Assembly: GCA_002811645.1 (NCBI GenBank) | Contig: PDIP01000051.1 | Coordinates: forward strand, 10,393 to 74,392 | Reading direction: 5' to 3' | DNA length: 64,000 nt | Source of the DNA: Corallochytrium limacisporum Hawaii | Taxonomy: Eukaryota > Protista > Pluriformea | Shown here: piece by piece, positions 32,401-43,989 of the stretch | Layout of the letters: every line of letters begins with the position of its first letter | How positions within the stretch are numbered: position 1 is the stretch's first letter | Made by a program: the position numbers and the translations under genes | The notes under the pieces: model-generated | The model's input: the letters and a program-made list of their open reading frames with translations, nothing else | Told to the model about the DNA's origin: nothing | Databases searched by the model: none

Positions 32401-34407
32401 GGTTCCACGATCCCTTCGATAACTGCACACTAATATACAACACACCGAGCGAGAGAAAAGACACCATGCGTTTGTACATGTGGCTATCACCAGACCTGCA
32501 AGTCGGGAAACCCAACCGACACTCCAGCGAGACTAGGAACCACTTCGTTTGTGTTCGAAGAAACACTTGCACCATTTTGTGGTCCATGGATTGATCCCCA
32601 ACCCAGTTCTCTCTCTCTGTGTGTGTGTGTGTGTACAAAAAACTACAATGTTATTAGCAAGTTGTATACGTGGCATGTTGTTACAAGCATTTGTTTCTCA
32701 GTCACTGGGATATATAGAAATCCTCACCATCATCATCAACTCGGAAACCATGTGATTTTACAGCGCCGTTTGGCATTCCGGGGATACCCTCCTGTTTGGG
32801 TAGTAGGATTGCGATGCATGATCGAACCACGGTACTCACATGCATGCTTCATGAGTGAATCTGAGAGTGATGTACGGAGCCAACCACCTGTTCAACGTGT
32901 GTGCCCTGGGAACCGTGAGGTCCAACGTTCCCGTCCAGGTTGTTTTTGAATTCTGCGTATTTTGGACGCTTTCAGGATAACGTCAATTCAGCCAACTGCG
33001 TTATGACACACCGTAGATTCTAGCCAGAAAGGACGGGCCAAAGACAAGCCAGTGAACCGTCATAGATGAAAAGCAGGTGATGACGCTAACTGAGTTTTCC
33101 AGATCACGACCTGCGGACAAGGCGCTCGTCAATCGTTATCACTATCACCATCTCAAATCATATTATCAGCATATTATGCTGACATATGCTGCAGAGGACG
33201 TAATCCCATCGTTGGAAACACTCTACAGCAAAGGCGATCACACGCACATCATCTTTCCGTGTCACAGGACGATAGAGAATTACGGGATGTTATGGTTTCG
33301 CACTCAACACAGAAGTGATTAATATGATGACCACCATCACGGAGCAGAACGATGAGCGGTGTTTAACCTCCAAGCGCGTAGGGACGCCTGAAAGCGAGTC
33401 TCCACCGACCGCATGGTCGGCCATGCAAAAAGGTATGAACGTCGATTTTTTCCGACGCTTCCGAAATAGTTCTCATTGTCCCCGTGCGTGTGGGGCTGTG
33501 GTTGTCCAGCGTCCTCTTCAGAAGGGAGATTCTTTGCTGACTTTGTGTCTCCGAACACCTCCCAAAACTGTTACTATTCTTAGGCAGGTAGTTTGTATGG
33601 ACATCAGGGGGACTGTAGACCATCATCCACGCAAGCAACCATATTGGCAAGCGAAAACACACAAGAAAAGTTGGCGCTTGTGGCTGCGAATGAAAACCTC
33701 TCCTCTCTGCTTTGTGTTTTGCGCGACCTGGCCCGAATGGCTGTTGTTGTTTCTTAATCGCAGCTGAGCTCCCGCAAAGAACCGAGGTATGGCCGACGAA
33801 TTGATCTCTCCTTCCTCCCCGACCTCCCCCCCCCCAGGGGGAGGGTGGGGACTAAATCGTTTAAATTATGTTTTAGGATTTTCAGTTATTAATCTGCCCT
33901 GCCCCGGTGACTTTCAGTGTAATTAGCATTGTTAGGGTTATCAGTTGTTACGTCAGCACCAAGCCAAAGCAGTAGCTGGAACGACCCCGGCCCCAACCTC
34001 CCACCTCCGTGAAGCACGGGGGGAAGCGGCGTTTAGCCCCCTTCCCGGGTTTTGAACCGCTTGGACAAGGGAGGGGGGGGGCCCCTTCCCCATTTTTCCT
34101 GGAAGTGTTTTGGGTTTGGAAAACCTTTTGTGCCCGGGGAATGGCAAGGGGGAGAGAGGGAGGGACGAGAGACTCGGGCATAGTTCGCGCGGGTCGGGTA
34201 TTTTGGTGCTGCTTTACCCGCTGGGTACGGCGGACGGGTTGTGGGCTCCGTGGCCATCGCAGTGCAATTTCTCACAGGGTCTCAATCCATCCATGTGAGT
34301 GTATGACGAGCCACACCATGGGCATTGCACGGAAATACGCTGATGGGTGACATAAAACGCCAGGAGACTCGGGAAATAAAAGAGGTAAAGCAACGGATCC
34401 AACAACA

Positions 34408-37400
34408 ATGGCAGCCACGGACTTCCTGGTGAATGATACAGAGGATGCGACCAGTTGGGAACTGGAGCTCGATGAGATTGAACGGAACTTGGACGAGAAC
34501 GGCTGGGATGTAGCCGAACTTATCCAACGCAGCAGACGATTATGTAAGGGACGGACGTTCGGCTCCGACGCCGCACTACGGGCGAAAGCGTACCGATGCC
34601 TGCTGGGCATCTCTGCCGACGACATTTCGTCAGCATCGAAAGCGCTGGAGTCAGAGATTGTGGCCATGCGTGATGCTGCGGTAGAAATGGCCGCAACCTC
34701 GACTGACACAGATCCGGTGGTAGGCGGCGACGAAGTGGACACACTTGACGAAGATTCCACTGCGCCTCTGTCCCAACGAGCGAACGCGGCCGAACTGAAA
34801 CGCCGCAGAGATGCCGCTCGCACCGTTGCTGAACAGTGGGGTTTGACGGACAGGCAAACGCGTCAAATGCGTGCCGCTGTCTCCGTTTTTTGCCAACGCC
34901 GCGCTTCGGCCGGTTCCGTGAAGTGGTCAAAAAGTTTACTCCTTGAGGTGATGGCCTCAACATTTATGACTGCGGGCATGGAGCCGGCCGTGACACTGGC
35001 CGCACTGGAGCACACCGTCGGTCCGTGGGTTCCTGAGCCGCTCTACGCTCCGAGCGATTCCGATCGACACCGAGCCATGGCTAGAATGGTTAATGTCCAG
35101 TTTACGTTCCTCCTCCAGTATCTTGATCCCGCACTGAGCCATATCCTGGCCACTGTGCGCGTCGATTTCCTAGACTTTGCGTGGAGTTGGCTTACGTCAC
35201 TGTTTGCTGGAGCTATTGTTGTCGGGGGAAGCAGTGGTGGTGCAGAGGGATCTTCGTCGGAATCCCCGTCCTCAACAGGAGTGGTGCACACCTTGTGGGA
35301 CCGCTATCTGACGGAGGGCAATCCATTGATGATCTTCTTCATGGCGGCTGTGATCCTGGCCAACTCCTCGGAAGAATGTCAGGCCATCTACAACCGTGAG
35401 TACACTCATGGACCGGACGGTTCCAGCACCAACGAAAAGGCCACAAAGACGCGTCAGGCACTCATAGCAGTTCTATCCAGCGCACCGACGCAGCTGTCCG
35501 CGGAAGATGTCGGGGATTTCATTGACTTTGCGAAGCTCTACGCCCGTGCGGTGCCCCTTGCGTTCTGTCACCAGTGGCGTCGATCCGTGTTCGAATCGGA
35601 TGCGACGCAGGCCCCTGGAACAGGGACACTGCTGCAGATGAAAAGCGTAGCCTGCATGACGCACCCGTCGGAGGTGTGGGGGGCGGTTGGTAAGGGTCAA
35701 GGCCTGAACTATGTGGTCCTGCGGCTCATGAATACTCGCTCTGGACAACAATTCGCCTCCGATAAAGGAACCGCGGTCATGCCGGAAGGTATCCTGGACA
35801 CGTCCAAGATTGTAGCCATAGATGTGCAGAAATGCGTTTTTGACGACCCCAGTGCACTGGACACACTCATCACTGACCGAATGTCCGCCTCGCTCGACCC
35901 AGAAACACCCAGTCCGGGCAAACCCCATATCTGCATCATGGACAATGACTTTGGTTCTGTGTCTGGCGGTTCTGTCACCTCTGCTATGATGGATAGCGGC
36001 AGTGAGGACATGGCCGTGGCCACGGTCGTGAGCCGCTTGCTCGCACGCAACATTCCGAATGTCAGCGTTGGCGCCGGTGGCTTCCCGGCGCTGCTTGCCG
36101 TTAGCCGCGGGCAGCGGCCGACGCTAGTCAGGCCCGCACAGCCCCAGGCATCTGGCTCATCGATGGGCGCCAAGTCATGGCTGGGCGGCATGAAAGGACT
36201 GAACCTCGGCGAAACAACATCAAAGTTTGCAGACTCTCTGAAGGGCAGCACCGCAGGCGCCATGGCCATGTTTGGGTCCAAGGGAAGCAGGACATCGGAG
36301 TCGTCTACGTCGCCCACAACAGGAACAGCAGCAACCGTTGTACCATCGGGAAAATCAGGTGATGACACAAAGTCCCAAGACCAGAGGAGGAGCTCCATCG
36401 GCTTCGGATCGTTCTTTGGGTCCAAAGCAGTGGAAGAAAAAGCGGGCACAGGCGCATCCGCCGCACCAGCAAAGTCGTCTGGGATTGAACAGCAGACGCA
36501 GTCCAATGGCGGAGATCAGGCACAACAAACATCGCAGTCTGGCACGGATTCGACTGGCAGCACCGCTCAGTTCTCCATGACATCGTTCAAGGGCTTCGGC
36601 ATGGCCATGAAGGAAGGCCTGACTAAAGGCCTTAAGCAAGCACAGCATGAAGTCGCGCAGGTCAATCAGGCTCTCTTCACTCCGCTCGCGCCTGCGGTGC
36701 CTTCAGACAAAGGAGCACGGTCCATTTCTGAGGATGCAGGCGCTGCTACGTTGCCCACAGACCACACTGCGCGTGGCAGAAACTTTGGTGACGACGCAGA
36801 CTCCGGCCCCAAGTCGGAAGACCCGAATAGCGGCCACAAGACATCACCCGAACGACAGTCCAAGGCCGCTGCGGGCGCGGACATCTTTGCGATCGGGGAC
36901 GAGGAAGAGGAAGATGAGGGCCGAGCATCGCAGCCGGAGCCGCAAGGGCTGCAACGGTCGTCCTCGAACGAAGGATCGAAGCGGGGTTCAACGGCGTCTG
37001 CGACCGGTTCTACCACCGCGAGCAACGCCTTGGATCCAACAGAAATGATTGACGTCGAAGGATTCCTTGCGTCGCTCCCGACCAAAGGCGCCGGTGAGGT
37101 CAGGCGTGTCTTTGGCTGTGATCGAGCGATGCGTGACGGAGTGACGGGCTCAATATTCCCCCGCCCGTCGCTGTTGGTCCTTACCGAACGGCAACTACGA
37201 TTCGTGTCCGTTGCGTCACATGAAAGAAACCGTTCTGGAATCCCAGATCCGCACGTGATTCGTCTGAACGACGTCAAGCGCATCACGGCGAACAAGAAGA
37301 ACCGGCATCGGCTGACTTTCTTCATCAGAGATGACAGATCGCCAACTCAGCAGAGGAAGGAGATGTTAATTGTGCCCGAAGTGCACGAGGTCATTGCTGC

Positions 37401-37473
37401 CGTCAAAGAGCAAGTGACCATCTACAACACCGAGGGACTGGCGGCATCGGAGTCTTCGCCAGTGAAGCAATGA
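34408..37473 (+). CDS. TBC1D23: TBC1 domain family member 23-like (TBC + rhodanese-like + C-terminal PH-like)
   Basis: WELELDEI N-terminus, LRAKAYRCLL, FLLQYLDPALS, WLTSLFAG, LWDRYL..GNPLMIFF. Rhodanese-like HICIM...L.RNIPNVSVGAGGF..L. C-terminal LVLT...RITANKKNRHRLTF. Confidence 0.8.
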   Translation: MAATDFLVNDTEDATSWELELDEIERNLDENGWDVAELIQRSRRLCKGRTFGSDAALRAKAYRCLLGISADDISSASKALESEIVAMRDAAVEMAATSTDTDPVVGGDEVDTLDEDSTAPLSQRANAAELKRRRDAARTVAEQWGLTDRQTRQMRAAVSVFCQRRASAGSVKWSKSLLLEVMASTFMTAGMEPAVTLAALEHTVGPWVPEPLYAPSDSDRHRAMARMVNVQFTFLLQYLDPALSHILATVRVDFLDFAWSWLTSLFAGAIVVGGSSGGAEGSSSESPSSTGVVHTLWDRYLTEGNPLMIFFMAAVILANSSEECQAIYNREYTHGPDGSSTNEKATKTRQALIAVLSSAPTQLSAEDVGDFIDFAKLYARAVPLAFCHQWRRSVFESDATQAPGTGTLLQMKSVACMTHPSEVWGAVGKGQGLNYVVLRLMNTRSGQQFASDKGTAVMPEGILDTSKIVAIDVQKCVFDDPSALDTLITDRMSASLDPETPSPGKPHICIMDNDFGSVSGGSVTSAMMDSGSEDMAVATVVSRLLARNIPNVSVGAGGFPALLAVSRGQRPTLVRPAQPQASGSSMGAKSWLGGMKGLNLGETTSKFADSLKGSTAGAMAMFGSKGSRTSESSTSPTTGTAATVVPSGKSGDDTKSQDQRRSSIGFGSFFGSKAVEEKAGTGASAAPAKSSGIEQQTQSNGGDQAQQTSQSGTDSTGSTAQFSMTSFKGFGMAMKEGLTKGLKQAQHEVAQVNQALFTPLAPAVPSDKGARSISEDAGAATLPTDHTARGRNFGDDADSGPKSEDPNSGHKTSPERQSKAAAGADIFAIGDEEEEDEGRASQPEPQGLQRSSSNEGSKRGSTASATGSTTASNALDPTEMIDVEGFLASLPTKGAGEVRRVFGCDRAMRDGVTGSIFPRPSLLVLTERQLRFVSVASHERNRSGIPDPHVIRLNDVKRITANKKNRHRLTFFIRDDRSPTQQRKEMLIVPEVHEVIAAVKEQVTIYNTEGLAASESSPVKQ

Positions 37474-37838
37474 GTCATATGAAGCTCTTTGTACCACTTC
37501 TTGTATACGTAATTTTGGCGGCAGTCTTTATTTGTTTAAGAAATTTGCTTGAAAAAGCAAGATTTTGATTGTACTTTCCATTGTCGAGTACGTATTATAG
37601 TTCAAAAAGGAGATTTGTGGTCTATCTCTCTCTCTCTCTAAAACATGTTCCTTAGCAAAGGGTTAATGTCAATCTTTGTTTTCTTTGTTGAATTTTCCTT
37701 TCAACTTGTGCTTCATTAAAGAGGCATCCGTAGATTTCATTGGCTACGGTACACAACATGGGTGATCTTGCGCGAGGACGGAGTGAAAGCACATCACGCG
37801 CTTTTGCTGCAATAGCACGTGTTCTACGTTGCTCTTCT

Positions 37839-40800
37839 TCACAGACCATTCCCGCTTCGACGCCTTGAATTGCTCGATGGCCGCCCAGGATCCATACCGT
37901 CCATTGACCCAGCTTCTGCCACCCCGCTCTTGCGGCCATGCTTGTTTTTGCGTGCCTTGCGAGACGCGCGTCGGAGGTCATCGTCCGAAGCTCCGGTAAT
38001 GTCCATTTGGTTAGAACCGCCGCCCGCGTTTCCACCGTCCAATTTACGTGCGGCGTCGCCAGAGACGTCCAGCATGTGGTGCGCATTGCCCCCCGAAGCC
38101 AGCTTCGGATTCGTGCCTGCATCATTCGGGCCCGCACCGTCCGGACCGGCCGGTGTGCCTGTATTGGCAGGCCAGTTCTGGGCCATCGCACCCTGGTGAG
38201 CCCGCATCTGTGCGGCTGCGACAGGGTCGTACGTGACATTGCGAACGCCACCTCCGCGGTTGGCGTAGCCGTCGCCTCCTGGTGATGGAGTCCCCTGGTT
38301 CTGGTTCTTGTTCTTGTCCTCGTCGCTGACGTTGTCAACATTCATGTCATTGCGACTGTTGTTCTCGTCATCACCATTGATGACTTCTGGCAACATGGTA
38401 CGTTCTTCCTTTTGGCCTTCCTTGGTCTCGTCAATTGGCTCTGCATCCAGATTGTCGGGCATGCTTGCGCTCTCGGATAGACTGGAGGCAGTCTGGTCGA
38501 CCTCCCAATCATAGGGCGTGTCCGTGTCACCGCCTACTTCATGCAGCATGTCTAGCAGGATCTGGTGCAGGTAGTCGTATCGGGGCTCCCGGTAGTAGTC
38601 TAGGCTCTCAAGATGAAGGATGAATGTCTGGAATCCCTTTGGCAGCCCCTTGACCAGATTGGCGTTCGTGTAGCGCATCTTCATCCGTGCGATTTCATCC
38701 TTGTCGCTCAGACGGCGCCAAGGGAGCTTACCGAGGGCCAGTTCCACGAGCACGTAGAAGAGCGACCAGAGGTCGTCATGCCGGCCCATTTCGCGCAGAT
38801 TGTGTGCGTTCAGGGACGCATAACGTGACGTGCCACGGAATCCAGCCTGGTGACGAGGCTGGCGTGGCTGTCCATTCGGTTGCAGGAACCTACGCGCCAG
38901 ACCAAAGTCTAGCATGTACACTGACCGACGCGTCTCCGGGGTGCGGCCAATCGCAAAGTTGGACGGCTTAACATCTCTGTGGAGGTAGCCAGCCTGGTGG
39001 ATGGCCTTGAGACAGGCCAACATTTCCATACCGAGCTGGAGAGTGGTAGGCAGCGAGAACCGCTGGTGCGGCTGGGCCTTACGCAGTTCTGCAATGCTGC
39101 GTCCCACCAGCTCCATAATTAGGTAGTTGTACTCTGCGGTGCGACCGCTTCCAATGTAGCGGCAAACGTGCGGTCCCTTTTGCAGTGCCTTCAGCACAGC
39201 GACTTCCATACGCAGAAGCTGGTTCTTGGCATTGCCGGGTTCCACCTTGAGTGCACATTCAGTGCCATCGTTAATATGCGAGCAGAGGTAGACATCACCA
39301 AAGGCACCGCCACCGATGCGGGAGACTACTTTCCACTTCGACTTCCAAACGGATCCGACAGGCAGTTCCTTGAACTTGGCTGCCTTTTGTGGTGGTTTAC
39401 GAGCCACTTGGGGGGGTGGGAGGTTCTGTTGACTGCGGTGATGTCCTGAAGAGGTGGCGCGAGCATTGGAATTGTTTTCGCGCGATCCGAAAAAGTTTGA
39501 GGGGGCAAGCTTGCCTCCCGTCTTGCTAATGAACTGTTCCATTCTGTGGTGATCTACTTTCAAACGCAAGCGCTTTCGTCCACTGTGGTGATGGCGGAAG
39601 TGGTGTTGGTGGTGGTGTCGAGTCCGGTTGTGATTTCGACGGTGATCACGTACTCCTTCTTCCGCGGCTGGGCTCCGTGAACGTTTGTGATCCGCTGTGG
39701 CTGTTGCTGCTTCTGCGTTTGCGAGTTTGGTGTTTGCGCCGGCCACAGGCTGTGGTGGTACAAACGGTTGATTGTTTTCTGCTGTGATTCCTGTCGCTGG
39801 TTTCGCTATAACCACTGCTTCCGATGGCTCTTGTCCAGTCGGGTTATTCAAATTATCCAAATGAGAATCTGCGTTCCTTCCCTTCTTGCCGTCGGCAGTC
39901 TTCACAGGATTCTGACTTAAGCTGAGGTCTTTTCCCTTGGAGGTAGTGAGGGCGTCGTCGTTGTACGGCCGTTCACCGATGTGGCGCTTCTCTACGTCGT
40001 GCTCGAGTAGCTCGTCACGCTCCTGCTGACAAAGTGCAATTTTGGGGCGAAGGGAATCGAGTTTTCGCTCCTCTTCGAGCTTACGTTCGTGTTCCTTACG
40101 ACGCTTGCGTTCTAGATACCGCTCGTGCTGCTGGCGCTTGCGGTGTTGTTGCCTTTGATATTGTCTGAACTGAAGCTCTTCTTCCCGTTCTCGACGCTCT
40201 CGTTCAATTTGAAGAGCCTTCGCGTGTTCGAATTGAGCCCGTCGCGCCTGCAGTTTATGCTGGTACTCCTGCAGGAATTGTTGCTGTTGCTGTAGTGAGG
40301 GTGGCACGCAGGTACCTATAACTGTTGGTACAAAGCTACGGTCTTCTGCCACAAGATAATAGAAGCTTGGGTGCAACGGTGTTGATGCCGCGGCTGTCTC
40401 TGCTGCGAGTGCTGCTGCGGATCCTCGGACGGGCTGCGGTCTCCTACCAATGCCAGTCTCAGTATAAAGCGGGTACGGTCTCACACCGACGTCGTCTTTA
40501 GATTGCTGCTGTTGCTGTCTCTGCTGAGCTTGTTGTTGCCCCTGTGGTCGCTGTTGCTGTTGCTGCTGTGGTGATGGATCCGGAGAAAGTATTTGGTAGC
40601 TTAAAATCTGCGGACCAGGGCCACAGTAGTAAAACGGTGAGAGTTGCTGCTGTCTCTGGGCAACTCCTGCTGGGGGGTAGCTCTGGTGCAGTCGCTGCGT
40701 CTGCTGAAGATTCCGAAGCGTTAGCTGGGGGCTGGGTTGCGGTGAAGTAGCAGCCTGAAGCGCTGACTGCCGCTGCTGTCCCTGTTGCGTGTGATTCCCT

Positions 40801-41058
40801 CGGCTTGTTCCTGGTGCTGATGCGGATGAAAACACCTGCTCCTGCTGCTGCCGCTGCTGCTGCTCCTGCTGACTTTGTTGTCCCGTTGACTTACGTTGGG
40901 TTTCTGGCGTAGATATTCTCGGAGGAGTCTGCGCCTGCTGCTGTTCTTGCTGAGGAGGATAGTGCTCTCCTGTCTGTTGTTCTTGTTGCTTTTGCTGTTG
41001 AAGTTGTTGTTGCGGCGGCTGCTCTTGCTGCTCTTGCTGCTGCTGCTGCTGCTGCTGC

Positions 41059-41097
<39 letters not shown>

Positions 41098-41102
41098 GTC
41101 AA
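37839..41102 (-). CDS. TTBK: Tau-tubulin kinase (CK1 superfamily) with a long Met-free, Gln-rich N-terminal extension; true start uncertain
   Basis: IGGGAFGDVY, ALKVE....QLLRMEVAVLK, LHRDVKPSNFAIG, YMLDFGLARRF, AGFRGTSRYASLNAH...EMGRHDDLWSLFY are TTBK-type motifs. First in-frame ATG is at 39542 (567-aa product); the frame stays open up to 41426. Confidence 0.92.
41034..41096 (-). repeat. PolyQ tract (CAA)12(CAG)8CAA, 21 Gln
   Basis: Read directly from the sequence; in frame with TTBK. Confidence 0.95.
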
Positions 41103-41133
41103 AGACCGACCGGTATAGAGATAACGTTGCTGA

Positions 41134-41172
41134 TCAACCCAGGCTGTAAGAGGCGAGTAGTTTCCAAGCCAT
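41134..41172 (-). promoter_or_regulatory. 12-codon upstream ORF (MAWKLLASYSLG*) in the TTBK leader
   Basis: The only ATG on the minus strand between 39543 and 41716. Strong context (ggaATGG), out of frame with TTBK, stop TGA at 41136-34. Confidence 0.6.
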
Positions 41173-41934
41173 TCCGCTTCCCGCTGAGGCGCCTGCTTGG
41201 CCCTCTTGGTTTCTCCGTAGTTCCGGTAAATTTCAAGTGCTTTGTTGTGTAAGGACTTTACCGTGACGTCAAAAGATTCGCTGGCGCCGCGAGGGTAATA
41301 TCTCCAAATATACCCTGCACTAACGGTGCTTCCAACGAACTGAACGTTACGGCTGAACTCCTGATTAAGGACGCCTTTATCTTGTAGGACTACAAAGTCC
41401 TTTGCTCTCTCTTTGTTTACCGGTGTCTACTATAACTCTCGCTTTCCGTAACTGCGCGTTGATTCCTAGACGTGGCAAATAAATAGAAAGCTCCGTCTCA
41501 AGTCTGATTAACCTAAACCTGACCCTGAATTTTCCGACTGGAAAATGCTTCTCTGTCTTTCTGTAAATGCAAAAAACTATCGAACGGCTTCCTGACAATG
41601 CCTTGTTGGCTACTTCAATGCCCGATTGAAAGCTGTCCTGGGTGCCTAATGTCTATTTAGAGTATTTCTTTACCACAAGTCAAGGTAGACCAGTCCTGCG
41701 TTTCGGTAGACAACCTCATGTTTACTCTTTTCTACCTCCGAAGCCGCAAGACATGACGATTCCACCCAAAGCCACGAACAAAGCACGGTTCCAAAAAGTG
41801 TCCATCGTGTTCGTTTGTCCATTGTTATCTCTGTGTCACCACGACGTCAACAAAACCATCCTCTCAGCACATGCTTCGACGAACCCGAAGGCAACAAAGG
41901 TAAAAAATTCTTCGCACACACACACACTCACTCA

Positions 41935-42231
41935 NNNNNNNNNNNNNNNNNNNNNNNNNNNNNNNNNNNNNNNNNNNNNNNNNNNNNNNNNNNNNNNNNN
42001 NNNNNNNNNNNNNNNNNNNNNNNNNNNNNNNNNNNNNNNNNNNNNNNNNNNNNNNNNNNNNNNNNNNNNNNNNNNNNNNNNNNNNNNNNNNNNNNNNNNN
42101 NNNNNNNNNNNNNNNNNNNNNNNNNNNNNNNNNNNNNNNNNNNNNNNNNNNNNNNNNNNNNNNNNNNNNNNNNNNNNNNNNNNNNNNNNNNNNNNNNNNN
42201 NNNNNNNNNNNNNNNNNNNNNNNNNNNNNNN
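41935..42231. other. Assembly gap (N run)
   Basis: Run of N. Confidence 1.
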
Positions 42232-42400
42232 AAGCAAGCAGGGAAAGGGGGAAGGAGAGAGAGCCCCCCCCGGGGGGGGGGAGTGGGTTGAGAGAGCAGC
42301 AGCAGCAGCAGCAGCAGGCAGGCCAGGCAGGCAGAGCACAGCGCAGCAGCACGGCAGGCAGCAAGGGTGCACGGCGGAAGTCGGCGGCGAAAGGTTGGGA

Positions 42401-42436
42401 AAGGAAGGAAGGAAGGAAGGAAGGAAGGAAGGAAGG
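42401..42436 (+). repeat. (AAGG)9 microsatellite
   Basis: Read directly from the sequence. Confidence 0.95.
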
Positions 42437-43782
42437 AACGGTGGTCCCAAGGCATTTTTGGCCCCTCTCTGTTTTTTTTGCTATTTTTCTTTGGGACGAT
42501 ATCGGACGCCTCCCCTTTTTTTGGCCCCTTTGCCCGTTGCCTTTGCTGACTCCCGCCTCCCCCCCCGGGGCGGGTCCGAAAAAGGGGTAAAAATTGGGAA
42601 AGGTTTGGAAGAGAGGAAAGGCAGAGGGCAAAAAGAAAAAAAAGAAAGGGAGAAGAAAGGAGGAAGAGAAAAAAACCGAAGATTGGGGTCTCAAAATCAA
42701 AATCAAAACAGAAGAACAAAGAAAAAACAAACACAAAAGAAAGAAAAGAAGGGAAAAAACTCACAGTAAAGAAAAGGAAAAAAAAAAAAGAAAAGTTCCT
42801 CTTCGTCTCCCGGGCTGCTGGGGAGGGAGAGAGAGAGAGCCAAGACGAACAAAAGAAAGAAAGGGCACCCGGGGGTGGTACTGTGGCTACCGCACCGGGG
42901 CACTGCCACGCACGCCCCCTTCCCGCCGAAGGGAATAGAGGGGCGGGGGGGGAGGGGCGGCTGACACAGACTGACACGGAGAGAGAGAGAGAGACAGACA
43001 CAGACACGGAGAGGGAGACAGACAGACACAGACGCAGAGAGAGAGTGGAATGCGCTGCTCAACCCTTCCTCCGTTTTTTTGGTTCTCTTTTTTTTTTTTG
43101 GTTTTCTCTCTCTCTTTCTCTCCGGTTAAAAAGGAGAGAGAGAGAGAGAGGGGCCCAGGGGAGCGGCGAATGACTGACTGTGCCCCTGGGCGGGGGCCAG
43201 CAATGACGCAGCAGAAAAAAGGAGGAGAAGGGCAGGCCGTTCACTACCACGCACACACGCACGCACGCACGCACGCACGGACGGACAGACCTGGGCCGTG
43301 CACTTTGCACTTTGCTCCCAAAGACAACCTTCCTCCTCCCCCGAACCCCCGAACGGACCCTCCCGGGGAAAGGCAAAAGGCCCGGCCCGCCTCGCACAAC
43401 GGTCCTTTCTTTCTTTCTATCTTTATTTCCTGTTTCCTTTTTTTTTTGGTCGGTGGGGTACTTGACCAAGCACGCAGTCCCGCGCAAGTTCACTCACTAT
43501 CCAGCCCGTAAGCCAAGACCTCTCCCCCCCCGCGTCTCTCTCTCTCTCTCTCTGGGGCAGAATTTGATGAGATGGAATGAAATGGAGGAATGTACACAGA
43601 CACAGAGAGAGAGAGTAGAGAGGGAGAGTGCCCGAAAAGAAATGAAAAGCGATTTTGGGTGCGAAGGGGAAAAATAAAAGTGCCTGATGCAATCAGAAAA
43701 CCAAGCAGTTCGGACGGCACACCACCACCCCCCCCCAAAATCAATCAGAATGGAAAACAGTAGTGAAGGCAACGGCGAGGGG

Positions 43783-43989
43783 NNNNNNNNNNNNNNNNNN
43801 NNNNNNNNNNNNNNNNNNNNNNNNNNNNNNNNNNNNNNNNNNNNNNNNNNNNNNNNNNNNNNNNNNNNNNNNNNNNNNNNNNNNNNNNNNNNNNNNNNNN
43901 NNNNNNNNNNNNNNNNNNNNNNNNNNNNNNNNNNNNNNNNNNNNNNNNNNNNNNNNNNNNNNNNNNNNNNNNNNNNNNNNNNNNNNNNN
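43783..43989. other. Assembly gap (N run)
   Basis: Run of N. Confidence 1.

Noticed and set aside
37652-38341. 229-aa alternative-frame ORF overlapping the TTBK 3' end
   Set aside because: Lies in GC-rich low-complexity coding sequence, with no domain motif and no slippery site or splice signal I could support.
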